Below, piece by piece: positions 14,110 to 28,514 of a stretch of 64,000 bases of DNA. This DNA is from Octopus sinensis (Eukaryota): contig NC_043006.1 of the NCBI RefSeq assembly GCF_006345805.1, forward strand, positions 44,268,001 to 44,332,000, in the 5' to 3' direction. The stretch's first letter is position 1. Each line of letters starts with the position of its first letter. Below the pieces are notes generated by a model. The model did no database searches. It was not told the DNA's origin and worked only from the letters and a program-made list of their open reading frames with translations. Both the position numbers and the translations under genes were made by a program.

Positions 14110-14400
14110 ATTTACATTATTTACATTCGACGGATATTTGTCCTCATCTTGTTTGTTATTAACACAATGCTTCGGCTGATATACCCTCCAGCCTTCATCA
14201 GGTGTCTTGGGGAAATTTCGAACCTGGGTTCTCATTCCTAAGGTATTTTTCGATGTTATTATTATTATTATTCAGGAGACTGCCTCGAATCGAAGTCAGA
14301 ATCTTGGAGTTAGTAGTCCATGCTCTTAACCACTACGCCATATGTCCATGGGCATATGGCGTAGTGGTGGACAAATATCCGTCAAATGTAAATAATGTAG
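14110..14400 (-). mobile_element. Composite element: tRNA-like head + (AAT)5 + hammerhead-bearing tail, with inverted 5' extension
   Basis: Minus strand: A box TGGCGTAGTGG, decayed B box GACTTCGATTC, hammerhead-like 14161-14206; terminal inverted repeat ggacaaatatccgtc(g/a)aatgtaaa; 40-bp palindrome at 14329-14368. Confidence 0.7.
14161..14206 (-). ncRNA. Degenerate minimal type-I hammerhead ribozyme motif
   Basis: GACAC-CUGAUGA-A-GGCUG/CAGCC-GAAG-CA-UU-GUGUU; stems I and II pair; GAAA>GAAG and CG>CA would impair the core. Confidence 0.55.
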
Positions 14401-15339
14401 ATTTAGAAAATAAATGCCAGGCTTGATTTTTTTTTTTTTTCCCCAGTTAAAATCCTTCAAGGTGGTACTCCAGTGTAGTCACAGTCCCTTGTCTGAAGCA
14501 AGTAAAAGATACAAAGATACCCAAAGGGACAAGAATTTACAACAATCTAAGTCTGAATTCGATGGACAGCCATTTTTTACCAACATAATCATTAGCTGTT
14601 CTGGATTAGTTTTTTTTTTTTTCTTGACCTAATTAGTATATTTATTTACCATGCTGCAAAATTAAAACCCACAGCTTAACTATTACATACTGTTATGACT
14701 GACTTCTAAAAATATACATGCTAAACTTAGCGTGTACACACGTAAATTTAGAACTGTATTCTAACTGGTATGTGCAACTGCAAATGCCGACAAGCTTAAA
14801 TCTATTTTAATATGCAGCAGTTTATTTTCCCATTATGTAGACAAAATCAAATGCCCATGAGAAATTGCATATGCTGACAACCTAATTTTTCCTCACAAAT
14901 CAATAAAACTCCACAAATATGTTATGCAGAAAGGGTTTGCAGAAAAGAGGTTGAGAATAAAAAAAAAATATACAGAATTTTGAGAGGAGTAACTCCATAC
15001 ACAGGAACTACAGCTGAAAGATGCACAAACAGAATAGAATTTTATATTGAATAGCAGTGACCTGCACCGAATGCATTCATGCAACTGACAGAGTGTGTCT
15101 GAAAATGTTTGTGATAGTTCCCTATGTTTTTTTTTTCCCACTTTAGCAATTTAATATTGTTAAGCAGACCAATGATCACAGCCAAGTCAGCCTTAACAAA
15201 AAAAAACCTTTTTTTTTATATCTGGGACAAATGCCTTCTTTTTATTTTAACACAACAAATTTTGATGCAAGGAAATTTGACTGCCATTTCTAGCAGGTCA
15301 AGCAACTGGACAGAGGCTCCCTCACTGGCTTGTTAACAC

Positions 15340-15900
15340 CCTAATCATTGCAGGAGGTGGAGTCATTGATAGTATAGTGACAAGAGTTCAAAGAAGCTGG
15401 AACAAGCTGAGAAAACTGCTGCCTTTTACAGAGAAGAGAAATTCTTGCTAAGTGCAAATAAGGGAGGCTGTATGTATGATATGTCGGCAATGTAATGTCA
15501 ATGAAACATGACGTAAAAAAAATGCAGAAAGCGTACAGCAGTTGGAGAGGGAAGATTTGAGAAAGAATTTGTCTCAAATATGTTACTGCTAAGCAGTAAT
15601 TTAAAGGATACTATTAAGCATAACTCATTGGCAATAAAAGGGTTCCTTCTCTTTGCTGTCTATATTACTTTCTATCTATCTTTATCTTTGACTAAATAAG
15701 GCAAAGCGAGTGATGCTATACAGCAGTAAAACATGAGCAAATTTACAGAGGATCTGGAACAACGATAGAAGATCAAGTCAAGTGTAATCTGTTGGATCTG
15801 CATTAACTTACAAGAAAGGTTAAGTGTAAAGCTGTTGAAATAGCAATTTGGCATTGAAGATATTGACTGATGTCTATGAGAGACAACCAAAGTAGTATTT
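15340..15900 (+). mobile_element. Decayed RTE LINE RT C-terminal fragment
   Basis: IIAGGGVIDSIVTRVQRSWNKLRKLLP and downstream EDLEQR...CWIC remnants resembling RTE ORF motifs. Confidence 0.5.
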
Positions 15901-16093
15901 ATATATATAATGGTATATACTGGAGGGAAAAGTGATGGGAGTTGATGGTTGAACTTATTTGCAGTATAGACCAGAAACTTAAGAGCAAGTTGTTAGATCA
16001 GATATAAGAATAATGAGCTTTACAGGTGAGTCAATTTGATAGATCGGTAGCCACTACACACATTTTTTTCTCTCTTTGTTTTTTTCTGTGTCC

Positions 16094-16129
16094 CTTTCTG
16101 TAGAAGAGAGTAGGCTCAAAACATAAAAG
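16094..16129 (+). ncRNA. Decayed hammerhead-like motif (same family as 63657-63692)
   Basis: CUUU-CUGUAGA-A-GAGA/GCUC-AAAA-CA-UA-AAAG; flanks match the 63.6-kb element. Confidence 0.3.
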
Positions 16130-17308
16130 ACTTTTTCAATTCCTGAACGTTATACTAATACATCTGTTTGTTTTCTACACCACCTGTCTTCGTCTTTTGT
16201 TTTTTTCATGAACTCTCCTCAGAATTTAGATGCACAGACAGCTGTTGTAAAATATACCTAACATGAAACATGGATGTTATAAGAATGGGGATGTAGTTAG
16301 ACAATGAAATCATCAATAACTATGTGTGAAAAGAGAAAAGTTTGAAGTCACATGAATGTATAATACAAATGAACCACAGGAACCAAATGTTAAATGCTAA
16401 AGTCAAGTGCTGAGACAGATGAAATTGGCCTATAATGCCAGGATGAGATAGTTTAATAATATACAAACAGAGAAATACCTTCAACCCATAATAACAAAAG
16501 TCTGTTAAAATATTTTATTTAAACCAGTTGTATGGTGCATCATGAGAAACAATCGATATGTGAAACATGCAGATTATTATTCAATGCAAGTGTGCAGTTA
16601 AGTTTGTTTCCCAACTATGGCTATAGTAGAAGATACTTGCCCAAAGAGCCTCTGTGTGGTACCTTGCGTAAGTTTCTTCTTCTACTATAGCCCTTGGCTA
16701 TAAGTCTCACAAGCAAGGAAATATAAAGATTCTGATGATGTGATTGTTTCTTTTTAGAGTGACACTGTAGGGTTGGTTTGAACATAAAACATAGATAATA
16801 TGGTCTGATATGGCCAGTTTAAATACTAAAGGATTAAAGTGGAGTTTAAAGATTGAATGTTTAGCAGGAATAAATGATAAGTGATGTTCTATATAATAAC
16901 ACTGTGAACAGCAAATATAGGATGGTGCAGAGATTTAAAGTCTTTTAGAAGGCCTTTACCAATCAAGATAATTAAGCTGATGCTACCTGGGATGCCACCA
17001 TCAAACAGTAGGAGTAGTATCCAAGATGTGAGAACAATACTCTAAAGAGAAAATAAAACCTTCAATGACCTTGCTAAGAAAATGAGTTTTGCAGAGGAAA
17101 CTGCAAGAAACAATGAGCTGCAGCGTATTTGGGGATAAGAGATAGCCAGAAATAATCCTTGAGAGTAACATTAGGGTTTTTTTGTTAAATGCAAGCAAAC
17201 TGGCAGAACCTCTTTGGAAGGTACTCTGAAGTGTACCTTTCTCTGGAATGTGAGGTTTGGAAAGAGGTTTGCTAATGGTAGGGGGTTGGCAGAATTGTGA
17301 CTGCACAA

Positions 17309-17937
17309 GGTGGCAAGCTAGCAGAAACGTTAGCATGCTGGGCAAAATGCTTCGCGGTATTTTGTCTATCTTCAGAATTCAAATTCCGCTAAGGTTGGCT
17401 TTGCCTTTCATCCTTTCAGGGTCAATTAAATAAGTACCAGTTATGCACTGGTACTTATCCTTTTGTCTGTCCTTGTTTTTCCCCTCTAGGTTTAGCCTCC
17501 AGTGGGCAATAAAGAAATAAATATATTACATTTTTAAGGTGGCGAACTGGCAGAAATGTTAACACGCCGGGCAAAATGCTTAGTGGTAGTTTGTCTGCCA
17601 CAACGTTGTGAGTTCAAATTCCACGGAGGTCGACTTTGCCTTTCATCCTTTCGGGGTCGATTAAATAAGTACCAGTTACGCACTGGGGTCGATATAATCG
17701 ACTTAATCTGTGTGTCTGTCCTTGTTTGTCCTCTCTGTGTTTAGCCCCTTGTGGGTAGTAAAGAAATAGGTAATTCATCTGTCATTACATTCTGAGTTCA
17801 AATTCCGCCAAGGTCAACTTTGCCTTTCATCCTTTTCAGGGTCGATAAATTTAGTACCAGTTGTATACTGGAGTCAATCTAATCGACTGGCCCCCTCTCC
17901 AAAAGATTTTGGGCCTTGTGCCTAGAGTAGAAAAGAA
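17309..17937 (+). mobile_element. Three consecutive SINE family S2 copies
   Basis: Central domain repeated at ~17400, ~17640 and ~17820 in the same orientation. Confidence 0.75.
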
Positions 17938-20900
17938 TTGTGAATGCCCTGAACAAAATGCATTACAGTATTTACTTTCAACCCTTTACATTCTAAAAAC
18001 AAATTCCAACAAAGTTGATTTTTGCCTTTTATCTTTCTAAAGTAATGGTCATAGGGGGGGGGGTGATATCATATCACTGCAGCCACCATCTGTTGGTGAT
18101 TCTCTATTACGCCTACCAGATGATACCTTTGCACCACTCAGGCAACAACCCTCTTCCAACTCATGGGTCTGTTTTGGTAGTCATTGCTAGTGAGGGTTTT
18201 ACAAAGTTGGAGTGCAAATCCTACTGCAACCTCTTTTATTTGCCTTTTACAACATGCAGAGGAAATGCTGGGTCTATTCTTTGACATGCCAACCTCCACA
18301 CAGCACAAAGTCAATAAAATAGATACTAGTTAAGTGATAGACTTGTCTAATCTGGTAAACCTGTCCTTTGAATGTGCGGTTTTGTGCCTATATAAGAAAT
18401 CGATATTATCAATAAATTGTAAAATTTAAATAATGCAGAACAAAAGTGAGTCATGCTATCAACACAAGAGTGTATATACTGAGTAGAAATTGATGAAAAG
18501 CCATTCAGGAAGAGAAAGGAAGTTAGAAAAGTGACATATTGAAAATACTGAAGAACAAATTTAATGGAGTGAGCAATGTAGGTAGATCAGGGTCACAGAT
18601 ATGACACGAGTAGTGAGAAAACTTCAGAGCTATGTGATGAAGTATAATAATTTATGAGGAATTTTGCGAGAAAGCTAATATACCATACTTTATCAAAGGA
18701 TTGATATCAAATGCAACAGTCTTAACCATTCCATGGTTTTCTATAATAAGAAATGGAATTTATGTTTCTTTTCGAATTCAAGCGTTATGGAAATTTTCCA
18801 TCATTACCTTTCTAGTTGTGTCTTTCAAGTGTCAATCATACAACATGTGCGCATACATTCCAAATGAGAGAAAGTTATATAGACTTGGCCTTCTTGTGCT
18901 GTTCTTGGAACATCATCATTGTCATTTTCATGTTCAATTTTCCATGTTTGCATGGGACAGAGTTTATTAGGGTAAGTTTTCTACAGTTGGATACCTTTCC
19001 TGTTGCCAATCCTCACCTGTTTCAAAGCCAGGTAATATTTTCCCCATGGCTAGACATGTTGTTGCAGAATATTCTTTTCTACTCTCGGTACAGGGCCCGA
19101 AATTTTGGGGGAGTGGGCCAGTTGATTAGATCAACCCCAGTACGCAACTAGTACTTAATTTGAACTCAGAACATAAAGACAGACAAGATACTGCTAAGCA
19201 TTTCACTCGGCGTGCTAACATGTTTACCAGCTCACTGCCTTGTTGCAGAATATTAGAAATGAATGACGCTCTTTTACAACTATCATGTGATTTCAAGACA
19301 AGGTGACACAAACTAGGCTTCTTTCAGTTTCCATCACCCAAATCCACTCACAAGGCTTTGGTCAACCTAGAGCTATAGTAGAAGACCCTTGCCCAAGATG
19401 CCATGCAGTGGGACTGAACCCAAATGCTGTGATTGGGAAGCAGCCACACTTGCACATATGAAGTATATTCACAACATCCGTGAATACACCTTGCCATGAC
19501 TATTTCTTCTATTTGTTATTTAAGAGCAAAACTATCAAAAGGGTGAGTGCCCAATTAACTGAAGAGACCTACCTGCACATAGATAATGCATTTGAAGATG
19601 GAGTTAAGGAAAATGGTGGTACACGAGATCAGCTGACTCTTCCCATCTTTCTTTACTTCACTGAAGCAGTCCTATTGCCCCACCCCATTCCACCCCCAGC
19701 TTGGGGCCTCCATACACACTAAGAAGCACCAGTACATGGCTGTATGTTACTAAGTGCCAAGATTTATGGTAAAAGATTTGAGATGCCTTTCATATGTTTT
19801 TAAATCCCCTTTCTCTGGCTCCTATGAAATCATTTAAAATCATCACCAGAAGATCTAGCTTTGTCCTTTCAGCATTCAGATGATTCTGTCAAATCTAACA
19901 TTTATTTATTCAGGCTGTCCAGCCATAGAAACCATATCAAAGCAGACAATAGGGCTTAGTGCAGTTTTCCAGTTCCTATCAAACCATCCAACTCTTGCCA
20001 GTATGGAAGGACATTAAATGATGAGGATGATGATGATGATTTATTCACATTATTTTGAACTAATCATGCATTATCTTATGGCTTTCAGATTTTGATGATG
20101 TGGTCATTTCCAGTGCCACCTGACCAGCTCCCATGCCAGTGGAATGTAAAAAGCACCCACTACACTCTTGGAGTTGTCGGTGTTAGGAAGGGCATCCAGC
20201 TGTAGAAACTTTACCAAATCAGATTGGAGCCTGGTACGGCCTTCTGGCTTGCCAGTCTTCAGTCAAACCATCCAACCCATGCCAGCATGGAGAGCAGACA
20301 TTAAACAACAACTATGATGACGACAGTTCTCATACCATTAAACTTACAAATCAACTCAAATATTATTGATGTGAAACAGTAGAATCCAAGGAACCTAGTG
20401 ATGGTCAGTGGCAGCATATATAATGAGTAGATAAACTTGACAAAATGGACTTAATTATTTAGCCATGAGGAAGCCTAATGTTTTAGGCAAGACCTTATGA
20501 TGGAGAAAGGTGAACTGTCTACTGAGAGTACTGAATAAATAGATTGGAGAGAGAGAGAGAGAGAAAGAAAACAGCAGTGGAGAATGAAGGAGAGCAGGAG
20601 TAACAATGGGGATCATATTTTAGTAGGAGGCATAGAGTCAAAGAAAGGAAATAAACATGAACTGAAACAGGAGAGAGAGGATGTTAAGATGAGGAGAAGG
20701 GATGACAAGAAAAGAAGATAAAAAAAAGGATGCACAGTTGGTGGTAAAGAAAAAGGTACAGATAGAAGAGAAGGTTAAGGGTAAAGAATTAGAATGGAGT
20801 AAATAGGGTGGATAGGAGGTGAGAGTAGTCAGGGTGTGGCAGTGTTGTTTACCTATAGGCAATTCCTTAACTTAATAACCCAGGATAGGGATTGGTAGAG

Positions 20901-21154
20901 TGGAAAGAGGTTGAAAAGAAGAAGGTCAAAGTCAACTAAGAGAACAAAGAGGTGTTCATTCTTACTTTCTGACAAAGAATTGCTGAAAAATGAAGTGCAT
21001 TCTCACATGTTTCTAGATGAAGGTGACTCCACTAACGAACAGCTGGCAAAGTGAAAAGTCAAGCTATAACTTTTGGAAAATGCCTGAGCATAGTTTCAGA
21101 CATACTTGAGGAAGCAATCATCTAAACCAGCAGTGATTCTCAACTGGGGTCATT

Positions 21155-21415
21155 GGATTTGGTAGACGGAAACTGAAAGAAGCCCGTCGTCTATATGTAT
21201 ATACATACATATGTATGTGTGTCTGTTTGTCCCCACACCATCGCTTGACAACCGATGGTGGTGTGTTTACATCCCTGTAACTTAGCGGTTCGGCAAAAGA
21301 GACCAATAGAATAAGTACTAGGCTTACAAAGAATAAGTCCTGGGGTTAATTTGCTCGACTAAATGTGGTGCTCCAACATGGCTGCAGTCAAAATGACTGA
21401 AACAAGTAAAAGAGT
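21155..21415 (+). mobile_element. SINE family S1 (5'-truncated)
   Basis: Begins at ggatttggtagacggaaactg, ends aagtaaaagagt. Confidence 0.8.
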
Positions 21416-22202
21416 AAACAATGGCTAGTTTCATCTACTTGTACAAATAAATTAAATATGATAGGTGAAAGCACAGTCTAAATCAGGTATTCTCAACCAG
21501 GGTCCATATGGCCATTGTGGTTCCATATAAGATTTTGTTGTTAAAGTTTATGTGCAATTAATTGGTTTTACTTCTACAATACGTCAAATACTTTAGTAAT
21601 TTTTTAATACAATTCTTTATAATATTTAATTATAAAAAGACAATAGGGCTTTTTTTAAACAGTGAATGGCTAAGGGAGTCCAGTACTGTAAAATAGGAAT
21701 CCTAGGAATCCATAGACAAAATATGGTGGTGTACCAATGATCTAAATAGTTGGTAACCTAGAATTGGGCCTGGAGGGTCCAGTTACATGTGTACTGTTGG
21801 AAACGACTAGACAAGTGTAGCATAAAGGTACCAAGATGTATGTTACAGGAGGGGATAAGAGCTTCTGGACATAAGAAAAATCATGCAAGGCTCTATCTCT
21901 TTTGAAAGAAAAGGTCACTTGAGAAAGGTAAGAACAATTAGAAGAAAAAGAGACAGATCAGCAGAGGATAGTACGCTGAAGTGGCAGAACCGCGAGCTGA
22001 TGGGTGACAGAAAAGGAAATTTTATCTCTGGGTGTACATGAAGACGTAAGAGTTCTGGGATTCTGTTGGTGGACTAGGCTTAGTGGAGAGAGCAGAGCAA
22101 CCAACATCAACTGTGAAGCAGTGATGGAGGACAGCCACAAACGCAAGGACACACACCTGTACTTGAAAAATACACATCAAACTACATAAAATTGCTGTCG
22201 TC

Positions 22203-22259
<57 letters not shown>

Positions 22260-25200
22260 CTTATCCTTTACAGGTGCCAGTGCCACATAAAATGCATTCA
22301 TGTTGGTGGTGTGTGAATGCACCCATACCAGAGGCACATAAAAAGCAGCCAGCACATTCTGCAAAGGGGTTGGCAGTAGGAAGGGCATCCAGCTATTAGA
22401 AACCATGCCACAACAGACAATTAGAGTCTGACCAGCTCTTGTCAAACCATTCAACCCATGACAGTATGGAAAATGAACACTAAACGATGATGATGATGAT
22501 GTGTATATATAAACATATATATATATATATACACACACACACATATATACACAAACACAATGAGCTTCCATACAGTTTCTACCAAATTCACATTTGTTAG
22601 CCCAGAGCTATTGTAGAAGACACTTGCCTAAGGTGACAGCAATGGGACCGAAACCGAAAGTACGTGGTTGCAAAGGAAGCCTCTTAGCCACACAGCAATA
22701 CTTACAGTTAGCCATGTCTGGTTTAGTAAAAATGAAATTTTTTTTTTTATTTCAATCAAAAAATTAAAGAACTATTTTACAAGCAATCAATACAGACTGT
22801 TTCTGCAATAATATTACATCTAAAAGTACAAAGGAGTTGTAAAGCAAAAAATTAACAAATGTAAATATTATTGTAATCTTCCTCCCTTCCAACCCAAAAA
22901 TTAGAATGTCAGTAGGAACATGATTCTTCAAAGTTCTTGGCATCATTGAGAAGACCTACCTCAAACATTAGAAGAGCTAAAGTAATTACTGCTTCTACTG
23001 GGCATTATGCCAGTTCAGCTGATAACAGTCATAGTTATGAAGGCCAATGGCTTATTTTGAGGCAACTCTCATTGGCCTTGTAACAAAACAATTATTGCAT
23101 CCTCTTAAAAGTTAGAGATATATCAGAGCTATCTGTTCTACAAGTAATTCATTTTGTCACCCTTTGTTGGCAACCAGCAATGTATTTCTGCTATCCACAA
23201 GATACAGAAACCCTCAAGCAAGAGTTCCCAGAACTCAGATATCCTCACCTTTCTCTCCAGGGAAAAATACAGCCCTAAAATGGCCAAGTGGATTAAGTGT
23301 AAAACTCTGGTACAGCATTGTGCCAAAAGGCACGTGACTTAGTGGATAGGGTGTTAGACTCACAAGTGTAAGATTGTGCTTTTGATTCCAGGACTGGCTG
23401 ATACATTGTACTCTTGAGCAAAACACTTCATTTCATGTTGCTCCAGTCCACTCAAGTGGAAAAAGTGATAACCCTGTGACAGACCAGTGTCCCATCCATG
23501 TGGGAAATATATATGCCATAGAAACCAGGAGATCAGCCCTATGAATCTATATGACTCAGGAAGGAGCTAGTGTGCCAAAAACAAAGTATTAAACATCCCT
23601 AGCCCACTCGTCTAACAGAAGAGTTGGTGACAACAGAGAGATGAGGACTTGGGTAGTAAAGCAGCAGACATCAAACCTAATGTTCTATTAAAGCTCATGT
23701 CCAGTCTTGGTGGTGCCTCTTTGAATTAGTTCCTGGTGAAATTATTTCTTCTCCATAAGTAGGAATTTTTCATTTGTGGAAAAACACTGAACACTTGGTG
23801 AAACAAATCAATAACTCCAATATATCCTGCCAAATGATTATTATTGATATGATTAACTTATTCCCAATGGTTCTGGCATGGTTAAAACCAGACTCTAAAA
23901 TTACCTGAATCTACAAAAAAAAAGTAAATGAAATGAAATAAAATAAATAAATAGACCACCAGGAAAAATAATGAAAACATTAGTAAAACAACAAATTTCA
24001 GCTGTAGGATAAGGTACAGTAAGTTTTGGAAATATTAACTGTGAATTTACATTTTTTATCAGGTTCCTCATGGTAAAATAATTTATTCTGCAGTGCATAT
24101 TTTTTGTACGTATTATATGCCAAAGTAGACAAATCTAGCTTTGTAGGGGTCTACAGTTTCACATTTATATAGTGAGCACTTTTGAAGGCAACTAAGCAGT
24201 AATAGCAGTAAAACTAGATACATCTCTAACACCATCAGCTCACCTAAATCCTACCCTACAGGACTAAATGACTATCATGCAGACCTCTATGAAATTCATC
24301 ATAGTAAAAGAAAGCATCACAACATCATTGACATTTAAAATCCACTATTCCATGCTAGCATGAGCCAGATAGAATTTGTTGAGACAGATTTTTTTCTATG
24401 GCCTGGTGCCTTTCCTATCACCAACTCTCACCTGTTTCCAAGTAAAGTAATATTTCCCCAAGGCCAGACACTTTTTTTTTTTTCACAGAAGATTGGAGAC
24501 AAACAACCTCGCTTGTATAACAATGATGCTCATTTACAATTATCTCATCATGTCCAACAAGAGTATACACACACACACATCTTTCATTTTCCATCTACTA
24601 AACCCACTCGCAAGACCTTGGTCAGCCAGTGGCTATGGTAGAAGACACGAGCCCAAGGTGCCTTGTAGTGGAATTGAAACCAAGACCAAGTTCACAATGC
24701 TGAGAAGCAAGCTCCTTAATCACACAACTATGCCACACCTGCACATAACTTCATATATTTTGCAACTCACAGTTAGCAATATCAAAATGTCTATTATCCC
24801 CATTGACAGCATCAAGAAGGGCCTCATCAAATTCAAAAATTAGAAATACAGGAGATAATTATCTACCAAAAGAAGTCATTGCAGGCAGACAAATATTTGC
24901 TGCATTAACTTACAAACATGGGAAAATTAAAACATAGGTTCACTGTGAGCCAACCTCTGCAAAGGTCAGGGAAGGTACAAAGAATCTATGGTCAGTGAGA
25001 TAAGAAGGGTCAGAAGCAACTCATTATGCCTCAGAATATTCATCATATCCAAATTATAAGTTTAAAGGATTTCTTTGTTAAAATCAGATAGTAGCAATGT
25101 GGAAAGACTTATATATCATCATTTAATGTCCATTTTCCATGCTGGCATGGGTTAGACAGTTTGACAGAATCTGGTGAGCCAGAGGACAGCACCAAACTCC

Positions 25201-25773
25201 AATGTCTACTATGGCACAGTTTCTATGGCTGGATGCTCTTCCTAACGCCAATCACTTCACATCATTCAAGGTGCTTTTTACATAGTACTGGCACTCGTGA
25301 GGTCACCAAGTAATTCACAAAATAAGACCCCTCAGCTGGTGGGGGGAGTAGTATTGAGGTGGGGTAGCTTTATGCCAGGTTAAGGCATGATAGACGAACA
25401 GGAACAACTGTTTTCCTATAGGGAGATATAAGGTTACCAAAGAAGAAGATGGCAAAGATGTGTCATGGTGCAGCCTGAAGTTATAGGAAGGTGAATATAA
25501 GTAGTTGCTAAAAATCTGAATAAAAGAAGAGCAAAAACTTGACAAGAGAAATGATGAGGTTAGAATTAGCAAAATGCATCTAGAATAAAAAGATAAGCCT
25601 AATCCATCATGAGATAAATTGACCATTACAAAAGAAATTTTCCAATGAAAACTTAAGAGAAATAAAGAGAAAAGTCAAGCAAAGACTCCTGATAAACAGC
25701 ACTGGTTTTACTAAAATAAATAACCAATTAAAATAGACATAATGTATTAAAATTGACATATATAATCATCTTG

Positions 25774-26113
25774 TGAAGACACATGGCTCAGTGGTTAGAG
25801 TGTTGAGCTTACGATTGTGAGGTTGTGAGTTCGATTTCCAGACTGGGCTGCATGTTGTGTTCTTGAGCAAGACACTTTATTTCACATTGCTCCAGTTAAT
25901 TCAGCTGTAGAAATGAGTTGCAACATCACTGGTGTCAAGCTGTATAGGCCCCTTTGCCTTTCCCTTGGATAACATCAGTAGTGTGAAGAGGGGAGGCTAG
26001 TATGCATGGGTGACTGATGGCCTTGCATAAACAACCTTGCCCAGACTTGTACCTAGGAGGGTAACTTTCTAGGTGCAATCTTATGGTCATTCATGACGGA
26101 AAAGGGGTCTCCC
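25774..26113 (+). mobile_element. tRNA-derived SINE family S3 with 12-bp TSD
   Basis: A box TGGCTCAGTGG, B box GAGTTCGATTTCC; exact TSD ataatcatcttg (25762-25773, 26114-26125). Confidence 0.88.
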
Positions 26114-26840
26114 ATAATCATCTTGATTGCCTATGATTGAATTAATAAGGTGATTTATTGTACATCAATGTAATCATTATATTTTCTTTGTTACATCCTG
26201 GCATGGATTGTACAATAAAAGGTATGTTTGAAGTTCTATCTTAAAACAATGCTGACAATCTGAAACTATACCAATCAAAACAAATTAACAGATTGAATTT
26301 TACAAGAATTTTAGTGCTGCTAGCAAAAGAGTCATTAAAAAATTAACATATTCCTCCAATCCCTACTTCTGTTATCATTTAAAACTGAAAACTTAAGACA
26401 CCTATGTAATTTTCTTCAATGATCCTTCTTGAAGATAATATTATATATTGAAGAAGTTACTCCATCCAACTATCAGCAAGTATAGTAAAAGGTATGCTTT
26501 GTGAATGATGTCAGAATAAGACCAAAATATGTCTAGAGTTGTTTCCCATCCATATCAGAAAATGACTAATATTATTCATTGCCTAATAGTGTATTTGGTT
26601 TTTAATTCCTTAATCATCAATTTCTAGTTAGCTTTTTAATGCTCCGTGTAGGCACAGATATGACTGTATGGTTAGAAAGTCTGCTTCCCAATCGCATGGT
26701 TTATTGTTTAGTCCCAATGCATGTGTCTTTTATTATGATTCTCACCAAAGCTGTGAAGGTGGACCTCATAGATGAAAACTGAAAGAAGGCCCAGTGTATA
26801 TGAGTGTGTGTATAAGGGGGTCTTTACCTGTACCCTTATG

Positions 26841-27176
26841 TGAAGGCACATGACTCAGTGGTTAGAGTGTTGGGCTCACAGTCATGAGGTAGTGAGTACA
26901 ATATCCGAACTGGAGTCTGTGTTGTGTTCTTGAGCAAGACACTTTATTTCACATTGCTCCAGTTCATTCAGCTGTAAAAAATGAGTTGTGACATCACTGG
27001 TGCCAAGCTGTATCAGCTTTTGCCTTTCCCTTAGACAACATCGATGGAGGGAAGAGGGGAGGCTGGTATGCATGGGCAACTGATGGTCTTCCATAAACAA
27101 CTTTGCCCAGAGTTGTACCTCAGAGGTTAACTTTCTAGGTACAATCCCATGGTACTCATGGCCGAAGGGAGTCTTT
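26841..27176 (+). mobile_element. SINE family S3 (second copy)
   Basis: Colinear with 25774-26113. Confidence 0.82.
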
Positions 27177-28514
27177 ATATATGTATAAATACATGCACAG
27201 ATGAACACACACACGTTTACATCGCCTCTTAACATTATGGGATAGTTGTAAATAAGCATCACTGTCATACAATCAGTGGCCTTCATTTCTAATCTTCTGT
27301 AGAAATATGTCCAGCTGCAGGGAAATACAACCATGCTTAGAAACAAGTCAAGGTTGGCAACAGGAAGAGCTTCAACATTTCCTGTCTGACATATGCAAGC
27401 AAAGAAAAGTGAACAGTAAAACAAAGATGATGATGATGATATATTAAATATATTAATACTAACTTATATATCCTGCATATCTTTATATTTTTAACTTGGT
27501 TATTAATATTTCTATACAGTCAGAATTGCCTAAAATAACTTCATTGAAATACATACAAAAGTATTTACTTCCTCCCAACTATTACTATGAATGTGCACTT
27601 CATCAATATGCATGCACCAGTATAGATGCACATTTAAATTCACATGCAGCCATAAATGGACATTTTTATCTAAATATAAGGATAGTTTATTTTTCATTTA
27701 TTCACAAACACAGAGAAACAGAGTGCTAGTACATCTCTCAAAATTATGTAAATTTATCCTACCCAATAATTTGTTTGAGTGAAACCGTTGAGGTCTACAG
27801 ACAGAGTTTTTTTTTTTTTCTATATTCTAGCAGAAGAAATACTTTGTATTTACCCTATGAAAATTAACTATAAGAAGATCTGAAGAAAGTTAATCAACAT
27901 TATTCAAAATATTACAAATTTTTTTTTTTTAAACCAAAACTTCAGCCTTTAGTAATTTGATAGTTCTAATTATAATTCCTTATATTGGCACATAGCTACA
28001 AATAGTCGGTGAAGGACACAGTTGATTGAATCATCCCTAGTGCATTTCTGCTGCTTATCTTATTGCCCCTAGAGGGTTGAAAGGCAAGAGCCTATTTTGA
28101 ACACCAAAGTTACAAGGATGAAAGTAATACTACATAGCATTTAGCTTGATATTCTGCGATTTCTTCCATTCAGTTAAATTAATAAACATAATTAATATTT
28201 CTTGATGATAAACAGGAAGATACTAACTTATAAAATATAAGATTGTGGACCATGAGTATTAGTGAGTTTTATTCAATCCATCAGAACTCGCTTCACTTCA
28301 TGATGCAGGCTTGAAAAGCCCTAACCCAAAACTTCAAAATTCCCCTCTCCACATGTTCATTTTATTTTATGAATTTTATTAACTGTTTTACAAGTAAAAC
28401 AAACACCATTACCAAATTCATCAATGACCTATGGTCCAATGGGAGCAAAGGGTTTCAGTAAGTAATATACATAAGAATGCAAATACATAGATATCTGACA
28501 AACATCCTGTACAA

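Noticed and set aside
3340-24860. Further minus-strand exon-like segments (~24771-24860, ~14980-15023, ~9560-9608, ~6767-6842, ~5627-5716, ~3345-3415)
   Set aside because: Each has one good splice site but a weak partner or an in-frame stop; peptides match nothing I recognise.
26882-27424. Longest ORF in the track (180 aa, minus strand)
   Set aside because: Runs antisense through an S3 SINE and an adjacent repeat; no protein motif.
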